NCBI RefSeq assembly: GCF_964204645.1
Contig: NC_134026.1
Coordinates: 643,950 to 707,949 of the forward strand
Source of the DNA: Tubulanus polymorphus
Lineage: Eukaryota; Animalia; Nemertea
DNA length: 64,000 bases
Reading direction: 5' to 3'
Within the stretch, counting starts at the first letter, position 1. Every line of letters starts with the position of its first letter. The notes below the pieces were generated by a model. That model was not told the DNA's origin, ran no database searches, and was given only the letters and a program-made list of their open reading frames with translations. The position numbers and the translations under genes were made by a program. Below, piece after piece: positions 12,301-26,246 of this stretch.

Positions 12301-15300
12301 AACAGCTAGAAAAATACTAAATACATTAGAAAGCATGTCGTCAGTACTACAGGTAATCTATTCATTAAACTACCATAAACATTGCAAATATGCCAGGAAA
12401 ACTCAGGGAATTTGACACATTTTACCAAAAACCTGGAAAACTCTGGGAATTTGGATAATGCTATTGACCACATATTTCTTTATCATTACGTGTTTCAATG
12501 AAAATGGAATGAATTGTAACATTCTTAACCTAGAAATGTTGTAATTGTTTTTTAGGATGCGAAGAAAATACCATCGTACTCGGCAACAAATACCTCTTCA
12601 GCATTTTCAGTAAGTTACATGTGTATAATTTGAAGTCTTTCTTATTCAAACTATCTTCACATGCTTAAATCTGTATTATTTATTATTGCACACTTTTAGG
12701 CGGATAGTTATCGTTCCAAGCATACCCCATATAAAAATTTGGTAAGTTCATCGTTACCTAGACTGAATGCAAAGTACACGTCGTATCTACCGGTGATGCA
12801 GCAAATATCGAGAAAAATAAGAGAATTTGTTTGATAGCTTTGAATGTATATTTGTAGGGTCCCCCGGTGAATAGGTTGAACATATCGACTCCTGCATCTC
12901 ACGCCAAAATGTGGCAACCTCCGACTACTGAAAAGGTATCATTTGACAATTCAATTAAGATATATTGCAGCGAAGTACGAGACGTTTCAAATCAGTACCG
13001 GTAATTGGGACGATGAGATAAATCTATCATCATTGTTCCTGTCACTTTGAATCAATGAAATCAAACTGAACCTTCAATAACTGGGACTAATGAGTAATTT
13101 GTTATCTACATAATTTGATGTATATTTTGTAGGTATTGTTTAAAGAGACTCCGCAGTCGTCTAAAGCTTCGAGCGGTAAGATGAGACGAGAGAAAGGTTC
13201 TCATTATTCCGCGAAACGACTCGAGGAGGAAGACCAAGAATTAAATTTACCGGAATTACCAACCGGATTCACTCTGCCTGTAAATAGTAATATCCAATTA
13301 AACATCGGTACTCGATTCAATCATCAGGATACGACAGACGATGATACTCCTCGCAGTCCGACGTTTACGTTCTCGACTCCGATCGAAAAATCAACACCAT
13401 CGAATTCATCGAAGAAAATATCTGATACTAGTGTGGTAAGTGTCGGTGGAAACTTCATTTAACGGTTACTGTTTAGGCTAAACAAAAATGATACCTTGTT
13501 TCTCCGCAGCGGCCGGGTCATTTTAGTAAAATATGATAAAATTTGTAAACAGTTCATTTCTATAGCGGCCGGGTCTGTTATGGGAAAATTGATCACGATT
13601 TTTAAAATAGTAATGTATAGGGTAGATAGGCGGCCGGCCGGGTCAACTTTTAAACTCAGCAGAGCGGAAAAACAAGTTATCAATTTTTTTTAGCCTTATA
13701 TCAGGGTTCTTACAGATCAGGAATATCAGGGAATTCTGTCTGTATTTTTGAAAATCGGGTAATTGTTTTGGTGTCTTGTTGTTGTTGGTGACGAGGAAGA
13801 AACCGCTGCCATTGAGGATCAGGGATTCAAGGGCCCTAGAAATATCAAAGGGATTTAGAAAAACTTGATCTATAACTATATATAATATGTATAGAAAACT
13901 AATGATGATTTTTGCTGCAGGATTTCAAATTCAGCACACCTATACACGTAGAGAAAGAGAATGGAAATGAACCTAACAGCGATATTACTGTACCATCTAC
14001 TAAAACTTCAGGTTTCCTGTTTGGAGCGAAAGGTATGGGCCGTTTCATGATAAAAAAGGAAATAATACCATAACTACTGATTGCCCGTAAATTTGGATCG
14101 TTTATTTTTGTAGCTAAATCGGTTTTGAGTCCGATATCTTCAGAAACTCCGTTGATAATGAAGTCTGGTAGTGTATTAGGTGCATTAAAAAGTGAGTATA
14201 AATTTACATAAAAATAGTTCTTTTTCGCATCAAGTCAATAACCTATAAATCATCTTAGTACAATAGCCCTTACACTCAGACATGGAGAATAGATTATAAG
14301 ATTAAAAAGCTCAATGTATACGACAAAAAAGATTAAAAACAAAATTTATTGAAAAATCAAAAGTCAATATTTTCGATTCCTCTCTAGAAACCATCATCTT
14401 TGAAATTTGTGTATCTTATAAAATGTATGTAAATCATGTATTCATATTTAATTTGTAGCTAATGACAAAAATACTAATGCGATGATGAAACCAGCAAATG
14501 AACTAAAGAAGGGAAGTGTTATGGATATTCTTAAGAAAGGTACGAATCAATCTCTACCAGTATTCAGTTTAATGTTCCATAGTTTTTGACCTCCTTTGTT
14601 TGTGGTTTTAGGAAGCATTGATAATTCATTTGGTGCGAAACCGGCTCAGGTTATAAAGACATCAGGCAGTGTTATGGATATTCTCGGAGCTGCTTCTAAA
14701 CCGGTGAGTTATTGAAAATATTTACTTGTTTTAAATGACAACCTTTCCCGGTAGAAATGACCAAACAATGATTGAGTTCATGAATTAGTTGAATTAATTC
14801 AAAATCAATTACTGTGAGAACTAGGGCAAAGTCACCAGGTTTTTTGAACCATGAAAATTAGTTTCACATGAGAGTAGTGTCTGTGTAAGATAACAAACAT
14901 TCGATTGAATGGTTGATAGGTATTTCATTCGATTTTAAAGAAAAAGTTTCATTTTTCAGAAATCGTCGACTATGATTTCGTTAGCAGATCAATTTAAGAA
15001 ACCGGAAGGAAGTTGGGAATGTAATTCATGTTTGGTCGTCAATAAATCAACAGATAGTAAATGTGTAGCGTGCACAGCCAGTAAACCAGTCGCGGCTGTA
15101 AACTCATCAGTAATCACCAGTAAATCTTCTACCTCGAACAATTCAATATTCAAAACGAACTCAGACATCGATTTACTCGAGCGTTTTAAACCTCCCGCGA
15201 CTAACTGGGAATGTCCGGTGTGTATGATCAGTAATAAATCTGAGGCTATGAAATGTATAGCATGTGAAACGACTAAGCCAGGGGGAGGTGCTAAACCAGG

Positions 15301-18300
15301 GGGAGGTGCTAAACTACCCAGTCTAGGAGATATGTTCAAAAAACAAACTGAAAACAAATGGGAATGCTCCACGTGTATGGTGATGAACGAAAACAGTAAA
15401 ACAAAGTGCGTAGCGTGCGAGGCTAATAAACCAGGAGCACTCCCTCCATTGGGGAAAGAGTTCTCGATGCCAGTTGGAAACTGGGAATGCTCCACGTGTT
15501 TAGTGCCGAATAAATGCGACGTTACGAAATGCGTGGCTTGTGAAACGAGTAAACCGGGATTCGAAGCCAGCAATCCGAACAATAAGAAGTGGGAGTGTCT
15601 GACATGTATGATTTACAACAAGACGGACGCGTTGAAATGTGCCGCCTGCGAGTCGCCTAATCCTAATCCGCCTAAACAACAACAGCAGATCGGGTTCGGG
15701 GATAGATTCAAACCGCCTGCTGATAGCTGGGAGTGCGATACATGCCTCGTGAACAATAAACCCACTAGTGAGAAGTGTATAGCTTGCAGTTCTCCGAGAG
15801 CTGGTAGTCAGGTCACATCAGGTATTTATCGTCTGTTGTTTATTTGAATTTGTTTCTAACCTCTTATGAATCAAATTTGAATTGAACAAATGTTACAAAA
15901 CCCTTCAGGGAACGAGGAATTCTATAACCGATAGTTCATTATATCTTGCAGGTTTTACTAAACCAGTTGGAGGACCTTTCCAATTCAAACCATCGACGTC
16001 TGAGAATAAAACATCATCGCCGTTCGGTGGTTTCACATCTGAGTCGTCCGATTCGACCGGGTTTAAATTACCGGCCTCGACGACTGGTGGATTTTCATTC
16101 AAACCGGCCGCCGTTGATTCCGCGAAATCGATAAATCCGTTTGCTGCGAGTCCGACGAATAATACCGGTTTGAAATTACCGGCTGCGACTGTTGATTCGA
16201 AACCGGTCGGGTTCGCGTTTAATACAACTACAGATACAGACATTACTGTGAAACCTGCTGAAACGAGTGCGGTACCGCCCCGCAACGATAAGACACCGTC
16301 TGCTGCTGTCGTATCGAGCGACTCGTTTAAATCGAGCGAATCTTCAAAACTACCGAGTTATAATGAAGCGGTTAAAACCACGACGACTAAAAACAGCGGA
16401 TTCTCATTCGGAAATACTGAAAATAAAACTGTATTACCAGTCGCAGGGTCGGTATTCGGTTCAGTTGATAAACCAAGCGTTGAGTCGTTCAGTTCAGCTA
16501 GTAGTAGTTTATTCATGTTCGGGGCGCCTAAAGACACTTCAACGCCGTCACTCAGTAAACCGTTAGGGGCTGGCGGTAGTTTTGGAGCCGGTAATCCTTT
16601 ACTCACCGGTGGATTTAAAGCTGCGACCAGCGAGTTTAAACCCACGTCTATCGGAGGATTAGGATCGACCAGTCCCGGTCAGAAGAGGAAAGGTGGAACC
16701 GATGATGAACCACCAACTAAAAAACAAGGATCAGGTAAGATCACAGTATATAAAACATTAGATAATGAATCAGCGATGTACTTTATGAAAGCACCTTATC
16801 AACGGGAAGCTGCAGGTAAATATGTTTTTTGCGTTTTTTTTTTCAGGATTTCAATTTTCTACCGGAGCGTCAGTTGCTGCCCCCAACACAGGTATGGTAG
16901 TCGACCTCGATAATCATATCTGCATTCAATAACTCCTTAACCACTGCATCTCAGGGAATAGTCAGGGGGGAAAAGTCAAATAAAAGTGGCCATCATCATA
17001 TTTAAACTGTGTGCTGATATTATATCTGGTATTTAAGGTGGTATTGTGTTTGGATTACCCTCAGCTGCAGCTAGTTCGACCACCTCCACTGATAAACCCT
17101 CAACCGGTTTATTCACGTTTGGAGTTCCTACGAGCAGCGCCCAGGATTCATCGTCTAACAAACCATCCACCGGTAAGCCTTCAATTCAGTCTCTTGCAGC
17201 AGTTTGAGCAAATCTTATCTGATTTTAACTGCCTGAAATGTTTGTATGATCTATTAAAGTAATAGAGTTTTAACCGATTGTTGAATGTTTTGCGCAGGAT
17301 TTGGAAGTTTTGGTTCTGCGAATCAATCCTCATTCACATTCGGTGCTGTCTCTACGAATGCGGGTTCTACCTCAACGGTTCCAGCTCCGATGTTTGGTTC
17401 TACGTCTGGCCAGTCACAGTCGAATACGTTCAGTTCATCTATACCAGCATTTGGTTCTTCAGCTACTGGATCTACACCATTTGGTTCTTCAGCTACCAGC
17501 TCTACATTTGGTTCCTCAGCTACTGGGTCTACACCATTTGGTTCTTCAGCTACTGGATCTACACCATTTGGTTCTGCAGCTACCAGCTCTACCACATTTG
17601 GTTCCTCAGCTACCGGCTCTACCACATTTGGTTCCTCAGCTACTGGATCTACACCATTCGGTTCGTCAGCTACTGCTCCCATATCATTTGGTAACAATTT
17701 GACTCCGAGTTTTGGCTCTACTACGACAGCAGGTTCTACTACGCCATCGTTTGGATCAGCTACTCCTGCGTTCGGTCAGTCATCCACGCCTGCGTTCGGG
17801 CAGCAGGCAGCCGTTCCTAGTTTTGGATCGAATTCATCTACAACAACTGGATTTGGAGCAGCTGCGCCTTCATTTGGATCAACTGCACCATTGTTTGGAC
17901 AGCAGCAGACGGCACCTAACACCGGTACGTTTGAAATACTCACAAATACACTAATTCATGTGGCGAAATTATTTTTAAACGATTTTGTTTGTGATTCAAA
18001 GTTTTGTGATTCATCAAAAAGTATTTTATGAAAATGTTCAGATCTCTGATATTATTCTGTTTTCTGACAGGTTTTAGCGCTTCATCTGCGTCTGCTAATC
18101 CGGCTAGTATTTTCCAGTTTGGAACACCTCAGGTAATTTGTTCGTAATCTTCAAAATCATCAAAAATAGTATTTTGTGTATTTAATTCTGTCAATGACTC
18201 TTGTGTATTAACAGACAGCTGCACAGCCAGCTGCTGCACCAGCGTCGAATGCAGGATTTAACTTCGCCGTAGCTGCACAGCAACCGAATACTGGAGGTTT

Positions 18301-18866
18301 TAATTTCGGAGCTCAGACTGCTGCACCGAACAGCTTCAATTTCTCTGGTTCAGCCGCTCCCGCTCAGGCTCCGTCATTTGCATTTAAGTAAGTTATCGTT
18401 TACTGGGTTCTAAAACTTCATAAATAATGTCAATGACCGATTTTTGTTACAGTTATTCTGACTTGAATTAGGTACATTGAAGAATGCTATGAAAATGAAT
18501 TCATGCAGCGTACACAAAACTTGAGACCATTTTGTCTCTGAACTTAATAGAACCAGGGCTGTGTTTCACATAGATGTGGAAGAAAAATAGTCCCTGGGAA
18601 CATTTTGAAATTTGTCTGTTATAACCATTGTTTCTCATTGTAACTATGGTGGTTGTTACCCAGATTGAGGATTTACCCCTAGGGATAACTTTGATACTCA
18701 GTCTATGAAACCAGCAGGAATTTGGCTGTTTTGAATGGATTTTAAATGGATCTTGCTAATGCGTTTTGTTTCTATTTGCAGCGCGACACAATCTACTGCT
18801 AATGGCACCGCAACACCTCAACCACGCCGATACAAGAAAGCCGTGAGAAAACTATCCCGCAAATAA
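9396..18866 (+). CDS. NUP153: Nuclear pore complex protein Nup153 (multi-exon)
   Basis: N-term GKMK..KPY..SFLGRVSDTVRDILSPSWL; SPYYPGKTVYGGSS; TARKILNTLESMSS..DAKKIP; six RanBP2-type W-E-C-x2-C...C-x2-C fingers (~15010-15790); FxFG/FG repeats; basic C-terminus RRYKKAVRKLSRK* ending 18866. Confidence 0.92.
10077..10125 (+). mobile_element. tRNA-derived SINE-like fragment in NUP153 intron
   Basis: A-box TGGCTCAGCGGTAGAGC and B-box-like GTTCGAA; no complete cloverleaf. Confidence 0.45.
11524..11814. repeat. Imperfect ~125-135 bp direct duplication in a NUP153 intron
   Basis: GTGAATATTTCAC..GCTGCTATCTTT..AGCTAAATTACAAAGATACAC..ACTCAAT.ATAAACAGTT at 11524-11660 and 11693-11814. Confidence 0.8.
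13476..13695. mobile_element. PIF/Harbinger (Tourist-like) MITE
   Basis: ~30-bp imperfect TIRs GGCTAAACAAAAATGATACCTTGTTTCTCCGC / GCGGAAAAACAAGTTATCAATTTTTTTTAGCC, with TTA target-site duplication on both sides and internal GCGGCCGGGTC repeats. Confidence 0.8.
17450..17690 (+). repeat. Coding ~30-nt tandem repeat (FGSSATGSTP) in the NUP153 FG domain
   Basis: About 7 units of TTTGGTTCYTCAGCTACTGGATCTACACCA. Confidence 0.85.
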
Positions 18867-19640
18867 TCCCGCGCACAATTACATCGTGATGCGTAGAATC
18901 CTAATATTCCTTTAGTATTGAAGTTACATTTCAGACTAATAGAATTCTACCACAAACTGAGGAATGTATATTAACACAAACTGAGGAATGTATATATTGG
19001 AACAGAGTATGATGTATACAGTAATGATCTGTAGGTATATATCCATTCTATAGGCTATTAATTATTGATTAATGAGAGTTTGCGTATTTTTATCCATGAT
19101 TTTCTGCCACTCTTCAGCGATACATGAGTAGAATAGGTTTTACATTCAAAATTCATCGAATCATCGGTGAAAATACCTTTGAAATCAGTAGTATTTTCTT
19201 GATGAATTACGAACCCCTGTCAAATAATCTAAAATTACTATAAATATCTCGCCACATTTAGTTGTATATATTATTGAAAGAATATCAGATTATTTGTAAA
19301 TAGGTGGCGTTACTGGTCATTTTCACTTGCTTGCGTAGAATTCATCTGAGGAAACAACAATTATAAAGATGGCGTGTAAAATGTATAAAGTCTATATAGA
19401 TGTAATTGCTTTATCTCTTGTTAAGAAGAATTATTGTGCATTTTTGAAAATGAAAAAGTATTTGTTGGATTAATGATGTTGTATGAGGTATGAATGGAAT
19501 ATTTACTATTCTTCGAGTTGCATCTGTAAATTCTATTCTCATATTGCAAATTAAGTGGTCTTCATTACCGGAATTGTGCAGGGCTGCGGTCATATTTAAA
19601 CAGTATATTTACTTCCTAGAAATCCCTGGAAATCCAGAAT

Positions 19641-19729
19641 CCAGTTCCACAGTTTTCAGTCTCATGTCAATTGAAAATTAACGAATATAAAACTCTTTAG
19701 AAGTGAATAAGATTTAACTGTTGAACTGG
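19641..19729. mobile_element. Short MITE-like element (related copy ~45331-45423)
   Basis: Ends CCAGTTCCACAGTT...AACTGTTGAACTGG; similar ends recur at 45331-45423. Confidence 0.55.
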
Positions 19730-20824
19730 ACTGTGGCTTCTGAGAAGTTTGATGTTTGAGATTCACGTTGTAGTAACTCTGAGATACTCGAACACGTATC
19801 AAACACGTATCAAACATGTATCGTGGTTTAATTCATTGAAATATTGATAATTTTGTTGTGTTTGTTTTGTGTGTGTGATGCTTCCTTCATTTGACCTGGA
19901 AGTCTCAACTGTGATTGTTTATTTGAATTTGTATTAAATATAAAAAGCTGGTCCTCTTGGCTCATTAAGTATTTCTATCATTCCACATCTGCCTTGATTT
20001 TGATAACGAAATTGTTTTTATATACGTGAGAAGTAAATCGAGCTTCTATGACCAGCTTATTGTGTAAATTATTGTAAATAGTTTAACAAAGTCGAATCGG
20101 CTCATAAATCCTCACCTGCCAGGGTCTGCGTGTGAATATACTTAAATTAAAAATACCTACTGCATTTCTGGCTGATTAAGAACTGGCAAGTGAGGATGAG
20201 ACAGGAATGAGAATTAATGATAATGTATTTATTTCCCTTCGAAACGAGTTTATATATAAATAAATAGAGCGGGAAAATATCGAGAATTTTCGGAAAATCG
20301 TGGGTTAAAGAAAAATACGTTGTCAATAATTGTGGGTTGTTATGATGTGTCATCTTTTTTAAATGAAAAAATAAAGAAGAGAATATTACATTTAATTTAA
20401 TTTTAACCGTTGTCATTCTTTGCGGGCGATGATAGAAGTAAAGACCTACCATTTCTCATGATCACCAGCGTAAATTCGAGATACAAGCTTGTACAGGAGC
20501 CTGTTCAATACTTGCCCCAGGGAATAAATTTGACTGATTTGAGCCTCATCTGTTCTACACATTTATCCCTACACAAACCCAACACGATCGATACGGTGGG
20601 GGAGGGGTGTGATTTTGAAATCAGAAGCCCTTGAATAACTGCGTGGATTTGTATCATTAACTTTGGTTTGAGGAGCATCATATTTGATTTTCAAAACAGG
20701 AATTAGACTTCATACATAGTCATCATTAGTTATCGATGACTGATAAGCTTATCGCACGTGAATGTCCGGCACTGACATATCTGAAACCTGACCTCACTAA
20801 ATCTGTCCAGTTTTTCATATCAAT

Positions 20825-21917
20825 ATGATGAAGCTGTAAGTAATTCGCTAGAAAATTCATCATTCAATTGGAACCTGCTTGACATTACTTTACGTAGATT
20901 TACCCAATCATGGTATTGATGATTTTGCGTTGTTTTTTTCTAGATCATTCTTACTAATCGCACTATCCGCAGTAATTGGATCTGTTGTTAGTCTGGATAA
21001 GACGACCTCATCATCCGACAACAACTTCCCTTCGAAACTCGCTAAACGACTGGCTAACGCACCGATACAGAATCTGCCTAAACCATTGCAATCTGATATA
21101 GCAAAAGAAACAAGGTATCATGATATGAATTCGTGCGGATGATTTTTACTTTATTGCTCCTGATATTCATGCAGTAAACACCGTGTTTGGTTCGGAATTC
21201 TTTCCTCAGTTGTTTCAGTTACTTGCGCTGGTTTAATCATTCGTTTTCTTTTCAGTACATGGTGTTGTGAAATTAACGTAGTGAAGCAGGGTAAACGGTC
21301 AATAGGAACCGCTGCTTATTACCGCACTAAACTATCATATACTGTTTACAAATCTTGTGGAATAGGATCATGGGGCAGTTGTACTGACTATCTTCAACAA
21401 TACAAGTAATTTGAAAAACTACTTTAAACGAGCAACATCGAGATCCTTCTTGATTAAATGTTGTATGGGACCTTCCGAACGTGGCTCATACTTCGTTTTG
21501 TTTTACTCCAAAAAACGATGAAGTCTTTTGGATTTTTTTTTAGGTTAAAGGTGGTCTATGGAATCAAGTATAAATACTTCACGTATAAAGAGCAATGTCC
21601 GACAGAATATCAGATATGTTGTTCCGGATACCTGTTAGTGGCTGGTCAATGCATGTGTAAGTACGATAGAAATCTCGACATCAATCTTTCGTCATTAAAT
21701 ATCTTGCGAAAAAAAAGAACCGTTACATTGTTCCGAAATCATGGACGACATTTTGGTCATCTTTGTCACACGAAACGCAACCTCATTAAGGGTCGCACTA
21801 ATGTTGTTTAAACGAGGAAGGAATTAGTTTATGTCTAATTATCTCATTTCAGCGCTTGAGTGGGTGAAGAAGAATCACAAGAAATTGATGGAACTCAATC
21901 TCATCGGTGCAATCTAA
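20825..21917 (+). CDS. Cluster copy 1: secreted 8-Cys EMI-like protein (subfamily A)
   Basis: 5 exons: MMKL|SFLLIALSAVIGSVVS..LPKPLQSDIAKETS|TWCCEINVV..YKSCGIGSWGSCTDYLQQYK|LKVVYG..EQCPTEYQICCSGYLLVAGQCM|SLEWVKKNHKKLMELNLIGAI*. Confidence 0.85.
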
Positions 21918-22649
21918 TTATCGATGTCTATCGCATAGAATTCTATTAGTATTGACGTAAATAAAGATAATTGTATGTGAACAGAAGAATATTTAGTTAT
22001 TTGTTTAACTTTTCAAGCGGTTTTTATGACCTATTCACGCGGCGGTGAGAGTCGTGGTCAAGCGAAAATGCAAAACCGAAGCTGACTACATACCATTTGA
22101 CGACCAACAGGACCTTACTACCGCATCGATTAGCATGAAAATCACTTAAGATTTTCTCACAATATAACGTTAAACAGGCAATATTAAGAGAGGAAAAATC
22201 GAGAGAAAAAAATTCGAGAGGTTTATTCACAAAGTTGAATTGCTGTCAAGAGCTGCACTTATGGCGTGTTTATCATGTATGAGAGTCACCCGTTTCATAA
22301 GCTGACAATTAAAAGACCCACCGACCCCGATTGTCATCAGCCTACAGGGTTCAGACGGATTTTGTTGATGTACACAGGAGACAGGATTTATTAATTTCAA
22401 GTGTGCCTCTAACACCTGAAAGTCCTCGCTGTCAAATATCGTCACCATGGACCAAGGCGTATCGTATAAACGGTCAATCAATGGTGATAATTTCACAGTT
22501 TATTCACATGTCCGACTCAGTGTGACCGAGATAAGAACTTATCTCGACAAGCAGATCATCGATCGGATAAGCTTTTCTGCGGAGGTGTTATGTCCGGTTC
22601 GGATATAGTGCCCCACCTCAATTTCCATATTGAAAATAGACTTTTAAAA

Positions 22650-24115
22650 ATGCAGCTGTAAGTTAGTGTGCGTGTGAACTGAATCGATGTATATTTAGAC
22701 CTAAAATAACAGATCATCATGATATATTTTTCAATAAGATTGGCTGTAATTGTTCTCACTGGTTTCGCGTTGATATCGGCTGCTGATAATGTGACCGATG
22801 TTGACGCTGGTCAGCAGACGAGCAGTAATTTATTCGGCTGGCTCGCTAAAACATCCATAGACGATTTTCCCGCCGAATTACAAAGAGACATCAGAGAAGC
22901 CGGAGTTATGTAAGTTTCGCTCAAATAATTAGATAAATCAGTGACGTCCAGCTATGACGGCGCGACAAATATTCTTTTAAGGATTTCCTCTCTTAATTCT
23001 TCATCTCTCTGGGGTCAATAGCTCATTAGTTGGTTAGAGTTAACTGATGTATGAATGCTGAAGTATGAATGCTGAAGTGAAGATTGCAATTTGCAATGTA
23101 ACTATGATTTGTCCACCAGTTAACTCTAATACCAACTTTTGAGCAACTGTATCCAGAAGAGAAGTATAGGCTGGGACCTTTTTGATACTAGCATCGATTC
23201 AGCTAAATTATTGTAATATTTCAGATCTCACTGGTGTTGTTCGTTGAAACTGGTGAAATATAAACAGAGTAGTTTTGGAGCAGTCAAGTATTACTCGGTG
23301 TCGCATAGAAAAACTCATTACGGAAAATGCGGAACCTGGGGCTGGTCGAGATGTACCTATCATAAAGTTCACTACTCGTCAGTTCATTTCGAACATATAC
23401 TTTATTCATAGGCAATCGCATTCTAAACTTTTTCGCTCAATACATTTTATTTCTATTGATAAATCATTGCTTTTGAGTTGCAAATAATAGCCAGCAATAA
23501 AGGCATCATTTAAGCTAAAACAAAAAAGAGACTGACCAAATATTCAAAATCACTTGACATCTGATGAATCGAACCCTGGGCCGTCAGCATACGAAGCCAG
23601 ATGACCAACCACTACGCTACTGAACTGGTGTGTAGGGTGGCCTCTTGTACATTCTACTTGACTCGTGGTCAGTGTTGGCGTCACCGCCATTCAGTTGGCG
23701 TCACCACCATTCATTCAGACTTGGTCCAGAAACAGAAGACAGGGCTTGATAAAGAAATCCCCCAAGTCATGTCAGCCTATACAAGAGTTAAGACATAATT
23801 TGGCAGGATATGTAATGAATTTAAATTGTGAATATTATTTGATTTGTAGGAGTAATCACCAATATGTGACCGGGTATTCAAGTGTGAGTTATAAGGAGAA
23901 ATGCCCAGAGAAACACTATATCTGCTGTTCTGGTTATGTACTGGTAGCTGAACAATGTATGAGTAAGTCTTTGTGTACGATCCATTTCAAATACATCCGT
24001 AAGCATTTTCTGGAAATATTCATAAAACACCATGAATTATCTTTTTACAGCCGTCGAATGGGTGAAGGAGCATCACAACGTACTGTTACAATTGAATAAT
24101 GGTGGACATATTTAA
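22650..24115 (+). CDS. Cluster copy 2 (subfamily A)
   Basis: MQL|LAVIVLTGFALISA..DFPAELQRDIREAGV|SHWCCSLKLV..GKCGTWGWSRCTYHKVHYS|SNHQY..EKCPEKHYICCSGYVLVAEQCM|TVEWVKEHHNVLLQLNNGGHI*. Confidence 0.85.
23553..23628 (-). mobile_element. tRNA-derived SINE head in an intron of copy 2
   Basis: Minus strand: A-box TAGCGTAGTGGT (23619-23608) and B-box GGTTCGATTC (23575-23566); stems degenerate. Confidence 0.6.
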
Positions 24116-24449
24116 ACATACCTCCAAACCTACAGAGCTTTGAAACATGACGTTATATCATGACTTGATTTACTTTATGACAAACGTCTCTTGTTCTCAT
24201 TAAAACTTAGAATAAAGTATTTTGAAATCTTGAATGATTTTTAGTTATTCTTTTGTTTTCTCGACTCCCTTTAGTTGGCTACATGTATATTGATAATTCA
24301 ATTTATCCCCCATCGAATTCGATATCTATCCTTAATTGGATATGACGTAGATATTTATATAAAGTGGTCAGATATCTTATCAGTTATTTCTGCGACCGAA
24401 TAGGATACTTTTAATGGTGAGAAGATCGTTTGACCAATTCACGTCTAAA

Positions 24450-25936
24450 ATGAAGTTGTAAGTGACGAAGAGCAGTATTGGAATTGGAAGATTTTGAGGA
24501 TTCTGAACAATTTCCGTTAAGATAATTTTACGGAGCTGAATTTATGAATAATTAACGTATTGTAGGTTACTGAGTTTGGTTGTATTTGTTGTGTTTATCT
24601 ATGTGGTGATTGCGAGTGATCGGGAGGATAGAGAAGTCGGAAATGACCTGGTCGGGTGGCTCGCTAGGACGAAATTACAAGATTTCCCATTGGATTTACA
24701 ACGACAGATTCGAGCCGTTGGAGACAGGTTTGTTCAGTTCCAACCGTATTTTTCTCGCTTTTAAAAAATCAAATAGTTGTATAAGGTATCATTATTCCAG
24801 TACTAAATTCCGGGGCTGAATTGGGGGCCAAAATATTCCTAGGTAACGTTTTGAAATTTTGTTTGAAATATGAAACTCAAGCGCAGTTTATTGATACGTT
24901 ACAAGCGTTACAATGAAAATCCATCCCTGCCATACGCTATTGTAACAAGTAGAAAAACCGTGCTATTGTTTTGTTGTTATTTGTTTTTTGTAGCTCACAT
25001 TGGTGTTGTGCAATAAACGTCATTAAGTACAAGCATAGCACGTACGGTAGAGTGAGATATTACACGACACGACATCGAAACAAACGTTACAAGAAATGTG
25101 GGACCTGGGGCTGGTCTCGTTGTGTCGTCCACGATATAGTTTACAAGTAAATTCATCTATATATATATAGAGAAGTTCAATTCTTAGAGATTTATAGTTC
25201 ATCTGGACATTTTGAACTCAAGCATAGTAGAAATTGTAGAAAAAAGAAACTGATCTTAGTTAGGCCTATTCGTTTGTAGTATATATCGAAATTCTAAAGA
25301 AAGAAATATATTCATACCCTGCTTCCTGGTTTGATGAGATTTAAGAAAAACATCTTGCATTTATTCAAACAGGAAACAAGTCGGATACGCGGTCAAATAC
25401 TCAGCTGTCAGTTTCAAGGAAACTTGTCCAAATCATCATCATACGTGTTGTTCTGGGTACATCCTCGTGGCGCAGCAATGTATGAGTAAGTTGAATGTGA
25501 CAAAATTCATATTTCTACTAATAACCCTGGACATATTGCTGCGAAAAGTATACCGGGATTTTGGTGCTGAATTCGTTAAAAAAACGAGACTTCCCCAGGA
25601 CCAAAATAAGTCGTAATTTTGCTGGAATTGCTTCAACCACAAGAAATTAATAGAAAAAAATCCAATTAGGTTCATTTTCCAAGTATAGATAATGTATTTC
25701 ATTCCTAAATCACATTGTATTGTAATCCTAAATGCTCCTAAATGTCATATTTATAATGTACATCGTCATCAGGTCAGATTTTGTGTGATATATTTCTACA
25801 CTGCAGAAATTGACACTAAAAATGTAATGACACAGATTGAAATCGGTTAATGATATTTATTTATTTTTCAGCCGTTGAATGGGTGAAAGAAAATCACAAA
25901 ATATTAATCGAACTTAAAAATAAAGGTCATATTTGA
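24450..25936 (+). CDS. Cluster copy 3 (subfamily A)
   Basis: MKL|LLSLVVFVVFIYVVIA..DFPLDLQRQIRAVGDS|SHWCCAINV..KKCGTWGWSRCVVHDIVYK|KQVGY..ETCPNHHHTCCSGYILVAQQCM|TVEWVKENHKILIELKNKGHI*. Confidence 0.85.
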
Positions 25937-26246
25937 TTTGTGAATAAATACTGTATTTAAGAAGAATATACACAAAGAATCAATAAAGGTTTATTAAGTA
26001 TTCTATATTGCGATTGAGGAGGAATGACATTACGCAGTCTGCGCCAGCGTCCTATTTCAGAATGATTAGTGGCAAAAATATCGACGATGACACAGCTGTA
26101 GATTTTCCTATATTTCAGTTCCGATTTACTTGAATTTACAGTTCGTTCGTTATCTATCATACACGAAAACAAACAATTGCCGATAAAAAAAACTAAAACT
26201 GTAAAATTTGAATTATTCGAAGCAGGCGAATTTTTCAACGGTCAAT

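Noticed and set aside
17450-17690. Regular ~30-bp repeats as a CRISPR-like array
   Set aside because: No unique spacers, the repeats are in-frame FG codons, and the genome is eukaryotic.
14989-17954. Long antisense and alternate-frame ORFs over NUP153 (e.g. 14989-15582, 17278-17694, 17323-17697)
   Set aside because: Shadows of repetitive zinc-finger and FG exons; no independent gene signal.
23553-23628. Functional tRNA gene (also 10077-10125 and the A-box-like stretch at ~23018)
   Set aside because: A/B boxes are present but acceptor and anticodon stems do not pair; better explained as SINE remnants.
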